Of a stretch of 64,000 bases of DNA, positions 24,061-35,560 are shown piece after piece. Source of the DNA: Octopus sinensis. Taxonomy: Eukaryota. The stretch spans positions 6,758,001 to 6,822,000 of the forward strand of contig NC_042999.1 in assembly GCF_006345805.1 (NCBI RefSeq), given 5' to 3'. Each line of letters opens with the position of its first letter. Position 1 is the stretch's first letter. The position numbers and the translations under genes are program-made. Under the pieces are notes generated by a model. The model was not told where the DNA came from and did no database searches. It saw only the letters and a list, made by a program, of their open reading frames with translations.

Positions 24061-24254
24061 ACAAATAGCAAGGTACAGTAGGCCGCAGGTTGCAAACCCG
24101 TTACATATGCAAGATTCTATGAGTCCCAACCAATAAAACCCGAGTTAAAAGAAATAATAGTAATAATAGTAGTAGTAATATTATTATTTTTATTTTTGTT
24201 GTTTTAACACATGAATCTTGCAAACCAGATGCAAAAACGAAATGATAATATTTT

Positions 24255-24420
24255 TTTTACTGTAGGTACAAGGCCTGAAATTTTGGGGGAGGGGTTAAGT
24301 CGATTACATCAACCCCAGTACACAACTGGTACTTAATTTATCGACCCCAAAAAGATGAAAGGCAAAAACGGAACTTGAACTCAGAACATAGCGATGGGCG
24401 AAATACTGCTAAACATTTTG
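24255..24420 (-). mobile_element. SINE family A, older subtype
   Basis: Reverse-complement match. Confidence 0.8.
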
Positions 24421-25444
24421 ATTAATAATAGTAATGATGATAATAATAATTAGACGAGGAAAGCTTGCCAGAACAGAAGGCATACATGGTTGCAAAATGG
24501 TGAAAAGATGAAAGCAATTCAACCTCAATCAAGCTATAATAATATTATGATGAGTCTTTCGATCTAGGAGAGGTTTGCGAATATTACGGATTATATGGAC
24601 ATAAAACAAAGGCAATCAGTCTCATTCCATCCGGAGTTTAAGTTTACCAAAAAAAGGCAAGAAAAGAGAAAATGTTCATTATGTGACACGACAAAATTAC
24701 TAGCAATGGAGATTGTAAAATGAAAATACTTGATATAAAACAATGTAAATATTTGCGTCAAATGGCGGTGTTTAAAGTGAGTTTATTATGAAAGACGCAG
24801 GTCTTGACAAACAAGTATCAGCCAATGGTAAAAAGCATATGGTGATGTGTCAGACACAGCTAAAGGGAGAAATCTGACGAAAAAGAAAACAACCAATCCT
24901 AATATATTTGAAAAGAGTAATCAGTTGTAGAAAGTGTGGGTGATTAAAACTAGCAGACTTAATCCGTTTGTCTGTCCTTGTTTGTCTTCTCTGTGTTTAG
25001 CCCCTTGTGGGTAGTAAAGAAATAGGATTCACTGAACTTGATAATAAAAATATAGCTAAAGTATTTAAGTAAAGGAGATATTTGACAGAAAAGCATAGTA
25101 TTACAATATAAAAACATGTACAATGGTAGTTGTTTGGTGTTCTCCGTCAATGTCGCCGATTGAGAATCCCAGTTGTTTGAACAACAAGAAGATTTACTGA
25201 ATTGTAATGGATGTGATTGGCCAGTAAAGCTTGTCGTTCATTTTACTAGGAAAAGGCCATAAAACTGGTTTACACACACATCAGGCAACAGATTTTCTCA
25301 CAAGGACGCAAAATGCCTTCCCAAGATGTCATGCTGAAGTATCGAAAATCGGTGCCAAATTAAATTGTTGGACGAAGACTTTTACTACTCGGCCTTCCCT
25401 GTGACCAGAATTAAGTAACATAAACATGAAATAAATAAAATACA

Positions 25445-25760
25445 TGATTAGAGCGTCGAGCTTACGCTCGTGAGGTTGTGAGTTCGAATTCCGGACCGGG
25501 CTGCGTGTTGTGTTCTTGAGCAAGACACTTTATTTCTCGTTGCTCCAGTTCACGCAGCTGTAGAAATGAGTTGCGACGTCACTGGTGCCAAGCTGTATCG
25601 GCCCCTTTGTCTTTCCCTTGGATAACACTGGTGGCGTGGAGAGGGGAGGCTGGTATGCATGGGCGATTGCTGGTCTTCTACAAACAATCTTGCCCGGACT
25701 TGTGCCACGGAGGGTAACTTCCTAGGTGCAATCCCATGATCAGGCATGGCCAAAGGGGGT
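25445..25760 (+). mobile_element. SINE family D
   Basis: B-box GAGTTCGAATTCC and CORE-like block; near-identical reverse copy at 46552-46865. Confidence 0.85.
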
Positions 25761-26349
25761 GTCAATGGAGAAACGAAATGAAGAAAGGCATTTTAGCTCC
25801 GGCCATCTTGCCTTTGTAAGTCTATGTTGGAGTACATATTGTAATGTATTCTTTTCCTTTTAAGACGCTAGGGTGTAATTTGTGGGAGATTTGGCTGCTA
25901 TTTATAGCAAATTGAGTTACCTCTAATGGCACCCCGATCATTGGCAAGCGTGTATCCCACCTGAAGTGATTGGAATCGGGCTGAATGATATGGCACACAC
26001 ATAGACGACTGTACAAACTCTATGGATGATGATGAAGAAGATGATGAGGATAATTGTTATTTTCATTTCAGATTTAAGTCCAGCGATTTTGAGGGGAGGG
26101 GGTTAGTCAGTCGTGGGACTTGACTGCTATTTCATCTTATCGATTCTAAAACGATGAAAGGCAAAGTTAACCTTTGTAGGGTTTGAACTCAGAACGTAAA
26201 GAGCCAAAGGAAATACTACAAACCATTACTTGCAACGCTCAAACGATCCTGCCATCTCCGTCTTACTGAAAATAATAACACCACCTGCGAAGTATTAGCA
26301 CCTCTGTCCAGTATCATACTCAACACATGTCATTACCTAGGACTTAATA

Positions 26350-26751
26350 GGCGGCGAGCTGGCAGAATTGTTAGCACGCCGGGTGAAATGCTTAGTGGTA
26401 TTTGGTCTGCCGTTACGTTCTGAGTTCAAATTCCGCCGAGGTCGACTTGGCCTTTCATCCTTTCGAGATCGATTAAATAAGTACCTGTCACACACTGGGG
26501 TCGATATAATCGACTTAATCCGTTTGTCTGTCTTTGTTTGTCCTCTCTGTGTTTAGCCCCTTGTGGGTAGTAAAGGAATAGAAATAGGTATTTCGTTTGC
26601 CGCTACGTTCTGAGTTCAAATTCCACCGTGGTCGACTTTGCCTTTTATCCTTTCGGGGTCGATAAATTAAGTACCAGTTGCGTACTGGGGTCGATCTAAT
26701 CGACTGGCCCCTTTCTCGAAAATATCAGGCCTTGTAGTCAGAGTAGAAAGG
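26350..26751 (+). mobile_element. SINE family A hetero-dimer with 18-bp TSD
   Basis: Unit 1 has the GTAGTAAAG tail and unit 2 the alternative tail; ATTACCT(A/G)GGACTTAATA at 26332-26349 and 26752-26769. Confidence 0.9.
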
Positions 26752-26989
26752 ATTACCTGGGACTTAATAAAACAATCTGGGACATAACAACCCCACTATA
26801 GTTAACCTTTCGATGTTTTTACCTCCTGTGAGCGAAATAAACTCATCTGGGACTAAAGAGCGGTAGTAGGAGTATAATTCCGTCTCAATGAGATTTAAAA
26901 GCAGAAAGTGGGTTTTAATAACACCACCTTGGACAAAATCCCCCGCGCCCTTTCAGTGCACCATTTAGGATTTAATAGTATGACATAAA

Positions 26990-27290
26990 TATTTGTTCCT
27001 TCTCGAATCATGCCTGGCTCATAACGGCCGGTTTCCCACTTTCCTTGGCGTATGGGTTCCCCACCTGGATGGGACGCCAGTCCGTCGCAGGTGAGCTGCA
27101 AGATGCAGGAGGACAGAGTGAGAGAAAGTTGTGGCGAAAGAGTCAGCAGAAGTTCGCCATTTCCTTCTGCCGGAGCAGCGTGGAGCTTGGGTGTTTCGCT
27201 CATAAACACACACATCGCCCGCTCTGAGATTCGAACCTGCGATCCCTCGACGACGAGTTCGCTGCTCTAACCATTAGGCTATGTGCCTCC
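26990..27290 (-). mobile_element. SINE with family C-type head and body but a different 3' tail
   Basis: Shares GAGTGAGAGAAAGTTGTGG.GAAAGAGT and CTGCCGGAGC with family C; tail resembles that of 22168 and 58622. Confidence 0.8.
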
Positions 27291-27392
27291 AGGATTTAAT
27301 AAAGTTACTTACGGATTAGAAGCAGTTCTCTCATGGACCTTGTGGACATTTTTCACTATGAAACTTAATAACGCACACCTGCGACATAAAAT

Positions 27393-27610
27393 CGGTTTCA
27401 GATTTTGGCACAAAGCCTGCAATTTTGGGGGAGGGGCTAATTCGATTTCATTAACCCCCAGGGTTCAGTTGGTACTTATTTTATCGACCCCGAAAGGTAT
27501 AAAAGGCAAAGTCGATCTCGGTGGAATTTGAACTCAGAACGTTAAAGACGGATGAAATGCCGCTAACCATTTTGCCCGGTGTGCTAAATATCCTGTTTGC
27601 ACGCTGCCCC
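27393..27610 (-). mobile_element. SINE family A, older subtype
   Basis: Reverse-complement match. Confidence 0.8.
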
Positions 27611-27770
27611 CTACCAGGAAATCAGTCAATAGCGCCACCTAGGACTCGGCAATGTCACTAACATAAAGATTTGCGCATTGAATTTGAAAAAAGAAAATGT
27701 GGCATCTCAAGGCGTTTAAAATACTAGAGATAGAAGGAGGAATAGGAAGGATCAAATCTGTTTATAGATA

Positions 27771-28195
27771 GGCGCAGGAGTGGCTGTGTTGTAATTAGCC
27801 TGCTTACCAACCACATGGTTCCGGGTTCTGTCCCATTGCATGGCAGCTTGGGCAAGTGGCTTCTACTATTGCCTCGAGCTGACCAAAGCCTTGTGAGTGG
27901 ATTTAGTAGACGGAAACTGAAAGAAGCTCGTCGTATATATGTATATACATATATATATATATATGTTCGTTTGTGTGTCTGTGTTTGTCCCCCCCCCCCA
28001 ACATCGCTTAACAACCGATGCTGGTGTGTTTACGTCCCCGTAACTTAGCGGTTCGGCAAAAGTGATCGACAGAATAAGTACTAGGCTTACAAAGAATTAA
28101 GTCCTGGGGTCGATTTGTTCGACTAAAAGGCGGTGCTCCAGTATGGCCGCAGTCAAATGACTGAAACAAGTAAAAGAGAAAAAGAGTAAAAGAGT
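27771..28195 (+). mobile_element. SINE family B
   Basis: Full-length match. Confidence 0.9.
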
Positions 28196-28255
28196 ATATA
28201 AATTGGATTGAAAGGCCTGGAACTGAAATTGGTTTGAGATTAATCCCTGGCTTAC

Positions 28256-28385
28256 CATTCCTGCAAGAAGTGCAAAGAAATTGTTTTAACTGCCACGTCA
28301 CACGTATTGAGAAGAGCATCGTCGCTGTGAGAACGATAGGCTTTCGTGTAAATAATTTCTTTTTTCAACTCAGCTTTATTTGATT
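28256..28385 (-). other. Candidate internal exon (130 nt), coding status unknown
   Basis: Acceptor TTGTTCGTTTACAG, donor TG|GTAAGC, open frame SNKAELKKEIIYTKAYRSHSDDALLNTCDVAVKTISLHFLQE. Confidence 0.3.
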
Positions 28386-28540
28386 CTGTAAACGAACAAT
28401 CTGCTGTGTTTATTTTGGTGGCCTTTCAATGTATACAGTGAGATTTCTTTGCCTTGCGTGTGCGGAAGACATTCAGCAAGAAGCGGATACAAAACCGAAG
28501 GACTACTACTACTACTATACTACTACTACTACTACTACTA

Positions 28541-28571
<31 letters not shown>

Positions 28572-28572
<1 letters not shown>

Positions 28573-29043
28573 ATTTCTTTATTACCCATAAGGGGCTAAA
28601 CACAGAGTGGACAAACAAGGACAGACAAACGGATTAAGTCGATTATATCGACCCCAGTGCGTAACTGGTACTTATTTAATCGACCTCGAAAGGATGAAAG
28701 GCAAAGTCGACCTCGGCGGAATTTGAACTCGGAACGTAACGGCAGACGAAATACCGCTAAGCATTTCGCCCGGCTAACGATTCTGCCAGCTCGCCACCTT
28801 ACTACTACTACTACTACTACTACTTATTTCTTTATTGCCCGCAAGGGGTTAAATATAGAGGGGACAAACAAGGACTGACAAAGGGGATTAAATCGATTAT
28901 ATCGACCGCAGTGCGTAACTGCGACCCCGAAAGGATGAAAAGCAAAGTTGAAGTCGGCGGAATTTGAACTCAGAACGTAACGGCAGACGAAATACCACTA
29001 AGCATTTCGCCCGGCCTGCTAACGTTTCTGCCAGCTCAGCGCC
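28572..29043 (-). mobile_element. Two SINE family A monomers (28572-28798, 28824-29043) embedded in an (ACT)n tract
   Basis: Each is flanked by ACT repeats (tract spans 28502-29113). Confidence 0.9.
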
Positions 29044-29064
29044 TTACTACTACTACTACTACTA

Positions 29065-29097
<33 letters not shown>

Positions 29098-29114
29098 ACT
29101 ACTACTACTACTAT

Positions 29115-31035
29115 TTGTGAAATGCAAGTGATAAAGCGAGAAAAATATCCAAGTGAGAAGGGTTTAAATTCGCAAATAAGACATCGACAATGAGGGTGAC
29201 AGCTATATGTATCTAGGCGTATTGGAGGCAGGTAGAATTCTCTGACAAGAGAAACGGATATCTCAGGGGAGTAAAAAGGGTGCTAGTCTCAAAACTGAGT
29301 AGAGAGAAAAACATCTGTGCAGTAAAAACTTGGGCGGCGTCTCTAATAAGATATTCTGATGCTAGACCAGAAAGATAATGTCCGTATACAGGTCGTTACA
29401 CCCCAGAAACGGTGTCGATTGGATTATACCCACCATAGAAGGCGGAGGAGAGGACTGATATCAATTGAAGACATCAAACAGTCTATGTTTAGCAAGACGT
29501 GGTATAGAAGAGTAAGTGAAAAGCAATCCAGAATGTCCGGTTTCAGTCGCCAGACGAGAGGAGAAGGAAACTGCAGAGACGGCAACGGGATACACGAAAA
29601 GAAAACAGGAGCGCGAAAGAAAGAAAGAAGCATCTGGGGAAAATAACTACAGGGCCAGCACCTCAGGGAAACGCAGGACGTTGCAGCAGAGGTGTCTTGG
29701 TGATGGCTGAAGAATGGAGAGCTTAAGGAATAAACAAGACTCATAATGACTGCTCGAAGTCAGTCGTTGCGGACGAATATCTATTTGTTTACTACCCACA
29801 AGGGGCTAAACACAGAGAAGACAAACAAGGACAGAAAAACGGATTAAGTCGATTACATCGACCCCAGTGCGTAACTGGTACTTAATTTTATCGACCCCGA
29901 AAAGATGAAAGGCAAAGTCGACCGCGGCGGAACTTGAAATCAGAACGTACCGGCAGACGAAATCCCTATTTCTTTACTACCCAAAAGGGGCTAAACACAG
30001 AGGGGACTAACAAGGACAGACAAACGGATTAAGTCGATTACATCGACCCCAGTGCATAACTGGTACTTAATTTATCGACCCCGAAAAGATGAAAGGCAAA
30101 GTTGACCTCGGCGGAATTCGAACTCAGAACGTAGCGGCATACGAAATACCTATTTCGTTACTACCCAAAAGGGGCTAAACACAGAGGGGACAAACAAGGA
30201 CAGACAAACGGATTAAGTCGATTACATCGACCCCAGTGCATAACTGGTACTTAATTTATCGACCCCGGTAGCATGAAAGGCAAAGTCGACCTCGGCGGAA
30301 TTCGAACTCAGAACGTAACGGCAGACGAAATACCGCAAAGCATTTCGCCCGGCGTCCTAACGTTTCTGCCAGCTCGCCGCCGGACGAATATCATTAAAGC
30401 CAAAATAGACAAATCGGAGAAAAGTGCAAAGTTCAAAGTATGCAATGAGAAACAGGAAACCGTTATGCACATAATAAGTTCATATAGGTCTTTTGCACAG
30501 AAGGAATATATAGACAGAAACACGATTATGTGACGAAGTCCCTACACTGGGACATATTACGGCAAAGAGGATTTCATGTAGGAAGAAAAGAATATCAACC
30601 AGAAAGTATAATAGCGAACGGTTAATACACGACTTAATGCGATTTTAATGTACAGATTTTAATGATCGATAAATTCATACCAGATGACCAGATATTACTG
30701 TTAACAAGGGGGAAAAAGTGTGCATCATCATAGATGTGGCTATATCTGCAGAATTGAATGTAGCGGCCAAAGAAAAGGAGTAAATAGAAAAAATACCAGG
30801 ATTTGGGTAGGGAGACATGAGGACTACGAAGGGTTTCTACAAAAGTAATCCTTGTTGTTACAGGTGCCGTAAGGTTCCGTCACCAACAGACGTAGCAGTT
30901 CCATAATACAATTACGACAGTTGCATTAATTCAGAAATCTGCTTTATTGGGAATAGCAAAGATCTTAAGGAAGGTCCTTGATATCTGAGGAAACTGGTTG
31001 TGACCTGGTATCAAGAATATTGATTCCGAATATAC
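29115..31035 (+). mobile_element. Degenerate R4/Dong LINE (RT C-terminus, zinc knuckle, endonuclease, 3'UTR), interrupted by a SINE trimer
   Basis: SYMYLGVLE, AVKTWAASLIRYS, RGLISIED, W*WLKNGELKE, QSLRTN|IIKAKID..KVCNEKQETVMHIISS, CIIIDVAI, QKSALLGIAKILRKVLDI; ends in (AAC)n(AAT)n. Confidence 0.85.
29782..30381 (-). mobile_element. SINE family A trimer with 11-12-bp TSD
   Basis: (C)GGACGAATATC at 29770-29781 and 30381-30392; the host LINE frame (RTN) resumes across it. Confidence 0.92.
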
Positions 31036-31054
31036 AAAAATCGTGCACACCATG

Positions 31055-31145
<91 letters not shown>

Positions 31146-31177
31146 TAATAATAATAATAATATTAGTAGTAGTAGTA

Positions 31178-31606
31178 ATAAAACGGTACAATGCATATCG
31201 GTGTGTCTGTGTGTCCTTTATACAAATCCACAGTTCTTCACGTAAGAGGTTCGCATTTTCTATGGGCTTTCAAAACTGTCTGAGGGTGGTCGTGAAGATC
31301 TTTTCATTTCTCCAGTTACCCCCGAAAGCCATTTAAAAAAATCCGGTAAACCGACCCCTTATGCCCACAAGTTGAATGCGCGTGCGCATATGCACACAGT
31401 CTGTAATGACTCTGCGCATTTTTGCGTTTTGCGAAGACGCGTTATCATGTGTTTTGGCTTTCAAACGTGCACGCAGTTTTGATTTGAGGATTGCAGGGAA
31501 TTATTAACGAGTTAGACCGAGTGAATGACAAGAGAGTGGGATTTTCATGAAAGATAAAATTTGCTTGACTAGCACTAGACCCGGCAACGCCGGGTCATAG
31601 TGCTAG
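31178..31606 (+). mobile_element. Non-autonomous Helitron (5' TC not seen)
   Basis: 3' hairpin GACCCGGC-AAC-GCCGGGTC then CTAG|T; 5' region with GTGTGTCTGTGTGTCC like the other Helitrons. Confidence 0.75.
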
Positions 31607-31774
31607 TAATATTGATAATAAGCAAAATATATGGCACCTTAGGTACAAAACCAACACACAGTTCTAACTTGTCCCCTTGAGGTCTCTGGGTGAGACTTGG
31701 AGTCAACTTGTACAAACACAAAGCAAAAGTCAAACATATAATAATAATGATGATGATGATGATGATGATGATGA

Positions 31775-31990
31775 TAATCCTTTCTACTAAAGGTACAAGG
31801 CATTAAATTTCGGGGAGGGGCTAGTCAATTATGTCGACCCCAGTAATCAACTGGTACTTATTTTGTTGACCCTGAAAAGCTGAACGGTAAAGTCAACTTC
31901 GGGGGAAATTGAACTCACAACGTAGCGACGGGCGAAATACCGCCAAGCATTTGGTCCAGCGTACTAGCAATTCTGTTTACTCACCGCTTT
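31775..31990 (-). mobile_element. SINE family A, older subtype
   Basis: Reverse-complement match. Confidence 0.8.
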
Positions 31991-32003
31991 GATAATAATA
32001 ATA

Positions 32004-32045
<42 letters not shown>

Positions 32046-32820
32046 GTCGTCGTCGTCGTCGTCATCATCATCATCACCATCGTCATCATCATCATCATCG
32101 TCATTATCATCATCACCACCACAACCACTACCACCAGTGAATGTGTTTGAAACCTTTGATATTTCTCCCCATTCAAGTAACGTTAAAATATATCACGTTC
32201 TGATTTTTCCTTAATAAATTCTCTGCGACACAACCATTCTCTATTTTCCTCCAGTTGTTCGCCATTACATTGGAGAGCCATTAATGTTCGAGGCATTTAA
32301 ATTCAGATATATTCAACAGGAAGTGAAGAGAATTAGCGAGGCTGGTTGCCCAAAGACGAACATTAATGTTAGCATTTAGAATGTTCGTAGCGAAGTGAGA
32401 CAGTGAAGAAATTATAGATGCCGCGAGCAGAGGAAGGAGAATGCGAAAATATTGTAATATAATAATTTAATGGACAATAAAAGGTAATTTGTACCAATAG
32501 CAGGAAAAACACGAACAAGAGAGAAAAATCTATCCTCAAGGAGTTACTGAACGAACAAAACGAGAAGAGAAAAGCAGAGGTTTTCTGATTGTGTTGTTCT
32601 GATAAACCAAGTAATATATCTCTCGTAAGATGTAGGGGTTTTATTGGGAAAAGGCAGTCCTTTGGCCCCAGTTTGAAGGAAGAAACTGATATGGGATACA
32701 TCGTTTTCCATTTCGAATAGAGTTTAATAACAGCTAATAACAATTCTTGATGATTTAGTATATATTCGTTATAACTGAATCAGCCTCCCTCTTGTTGTAC
32801 CTGTAATTGCTCGTTCTTAG

Positions 32821-32852
<32 letters not shown>

Positions 32853-32907
32853 AGAGAGAAATAGATAGATAGAGAGAGAGTGATAGAGATAAATAGATAG
32901 ATAGATA

Positions 32908-33128
32908 TATTTCTTTATTGCCCACAAGGGGCTAAACATAGAGGGGACAGACAAAGGGATTAAGTCCATTACATAGACTCCAGTGCGTAACTGGTACTTA
33001 ATTTATCGACCCCGAAAAGATAAAAGGCAAAGTCAACCTCGGTGGAATGTGAACTCACAACGTAACGGCAGACGAAATGCGGCTACGCATTTCGCCCGGC
33101 GTGCTAACGTTTCTGCCAACTCGCCGCC
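32908..33128 (-). mobile_element. SINE family A monomer in a GA/GATA tract
   Basis: Reverse-complement match. Confidence 0.9.
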
Positions 33129-33690
33129 TTAGGTAATATATCTCTCTTAGATAGATAGATAGATAGAGAGCAGCAATATTGAACTCCTTCCTTCATCAAA
33201 GCCATTCACAAAGGAATGGCCATTGCAGAGGTTCTCCAGCATACCCACAGCTTTTGGGCTGAAACGCTTAAAGCAATGCACACGCACACATAAATGCAAA
33301 CGCACACGCACACATACATTACGGGCTGCATAATTTTGTGAACTACATCTGCCATCATTATGAAGTAAATCCGAGCTCCCAGAAACAGCCGTCGGACCTG
33401 TAATACCTTACCTTTCCCCTTCAGTTTTATCTGTCTTTGAACTCTATGTAAGTTTGCTCTCTTAATTTATAAATATCTATATATTTATACTCGATTATTC
33501 ACCGACTGAAAATTTTCAGTCTTTGCTTTCTCTCTATTTACATGTATATTACGTATGTATGTAAGTATGTATTTATCTCTATATGTATGCGTGTATGTAT
33601 GTATGCGTGTATGTATGTATGTATGTATGTATGTATGTATGTATAGTTTGTATTTATCTCTATATGAATACGTGTATGTGTGTATGTATG

Positions 33691-33721
<31 letters not shown>

Positions 33722-34364
33722 GTATGTAAGTATGTATGTATGTATGTATAGTTTGTATATCTTACCCAAACAATTTTATCTGTTTATTTCCATCATTATA
33801 TTTCTCTCCATACATACAGACACTCAGACACACACACACACACACGTATATTGATATATGTAATTAGATATATTCCCTGTATAGTTTATGTAGCCTCAAA
33901 TTGTGTCCATTCTAACTGCGTTAGTGGGTCACGTGATGGTGGATATTAATGGCTGCGTACATTCGTGACTGAGAGTGTAAGGCCTCTAACTTTATGGACC
34001 TTATTGTGCGTACCTTAACCTCAACCAATCAATTGAATGAATCAAAGATCAATATTTAATTTCCTAACGACACGTCTGAAACCTTGGATGACTCATATAT
34101 TGGCTAATCGAATTATTACGTGGATGGACATATTTACTGAGGTTGTTTGTCCACAGAACATTATATAACGGCCATGAAAGCGCCGAAAAAGAATTTATCA
34201 AACACAGTTATCTTTATCTTATAGATTTTTCGCTTATAGTTGTTCCATTCATCGGACTGCGGCCATGCTGGAGCACTGCCTTTAAGGTCTTTTTTTTTGT
34301 GGAACAAATTGACTTCGGTGTTTTTTTGTCCGGTACGTATTCCATCGATATCTTTTGGCGAACC

Positions 34365-34642
<278 letters not shown>

Positions 34643-34992
34643 TGAGTATTTATATTTAATGTACGATAAAATTTTTTCGAAAAAAAATTTTATCAATGGC
34701 CAGCATATTAAAAAATACCTTTAAAGGTTAAAATTATAAACAACTTATAAATAAGGGCAAACGAAAAAATTTCTAATGCCAAATATGCCGAAAGTTGGAT
34801 ATATTGTCTATAACCATATAATTTTTCATAATACGCACGCTACTCGAAAAAAGCGACAGAAATTTCTAAAAAATTCCATTATTTTCGAGTAGCGTGCGTA
34901 TTGTGAAAAATTATATGGTTATGGACAATATGTCTAACTTTCGGCATATTTGGCATTAGAAATTTTTTCGTTTGTCTTTATTTATAAGTTGT
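34643..34992. mobile_element. (TA)n-embedded element with a 111-bp inverted repeat (probable non-autonomous Penelope-type)
   Basis: Arms 34740-34850 and 34882-34992 with 6 mismatches; shares ATATGAG...ATCAA(G)TGGCCAGCAT...AAATACCT...AAAGGT...ATGCCGAAA with the element at 60194. Confidence 0.65.
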
Positions 34993-35052
34993 ATATATAT
35001 ATATATGCATACACACACACACACACACACATATATATACATACATTCATAC

Positions 35053-35087
<35 letters not shown>

Positions 35088-35089
<2 letters not shown>

Positions 35090-35560
35090 AAATACAAAAT
35101 GGGACAAGAACGCAAAACATCCGGATAACTAGGTGATAGAAAAGGGGACAACAAAACATCCAGATAGACGATACAAAAAAAACAAGGAGGGGTTATTCGA
35201 AGTTTTTTTTATCCTCAGTCAAGAACCAGATCATTCTCGCAATTTCGGTTGATTAATCTTGAGATTGCTCCAATCTGGCCAGGCCCAAGGAAAACCTAAG
35301 CTAAGAGCATTAGATTCCTTGAATGAAAGCATCGAATGTATACGAAAACAAGGACACAAATATAAATACAATATAAATACAATAAAAATAATAATAACGG
35401 GATATAACAACAGACGTCTTTCGACTGGGGACGAATTGAATTCAGCTGGCATGTGTGGAAATGAAGCCTTACGGCAGAGATACAAAAGTCTCACAAAGAC
35501 AGGGTAGAATATCGATGTTGTACGGATCACGGTCAGACCCTAAAAGAGAGCGAGCAGTCT
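35088..35560 (-). mobile_element. Unclassified (TA)n-abutting interspersed element
   Basis: Starts sharply at a TA tract and carries CTGGCCAG...CCGAAA on the minus strand (35282-35243); right boundary uncertain. Confidence 0.4.
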
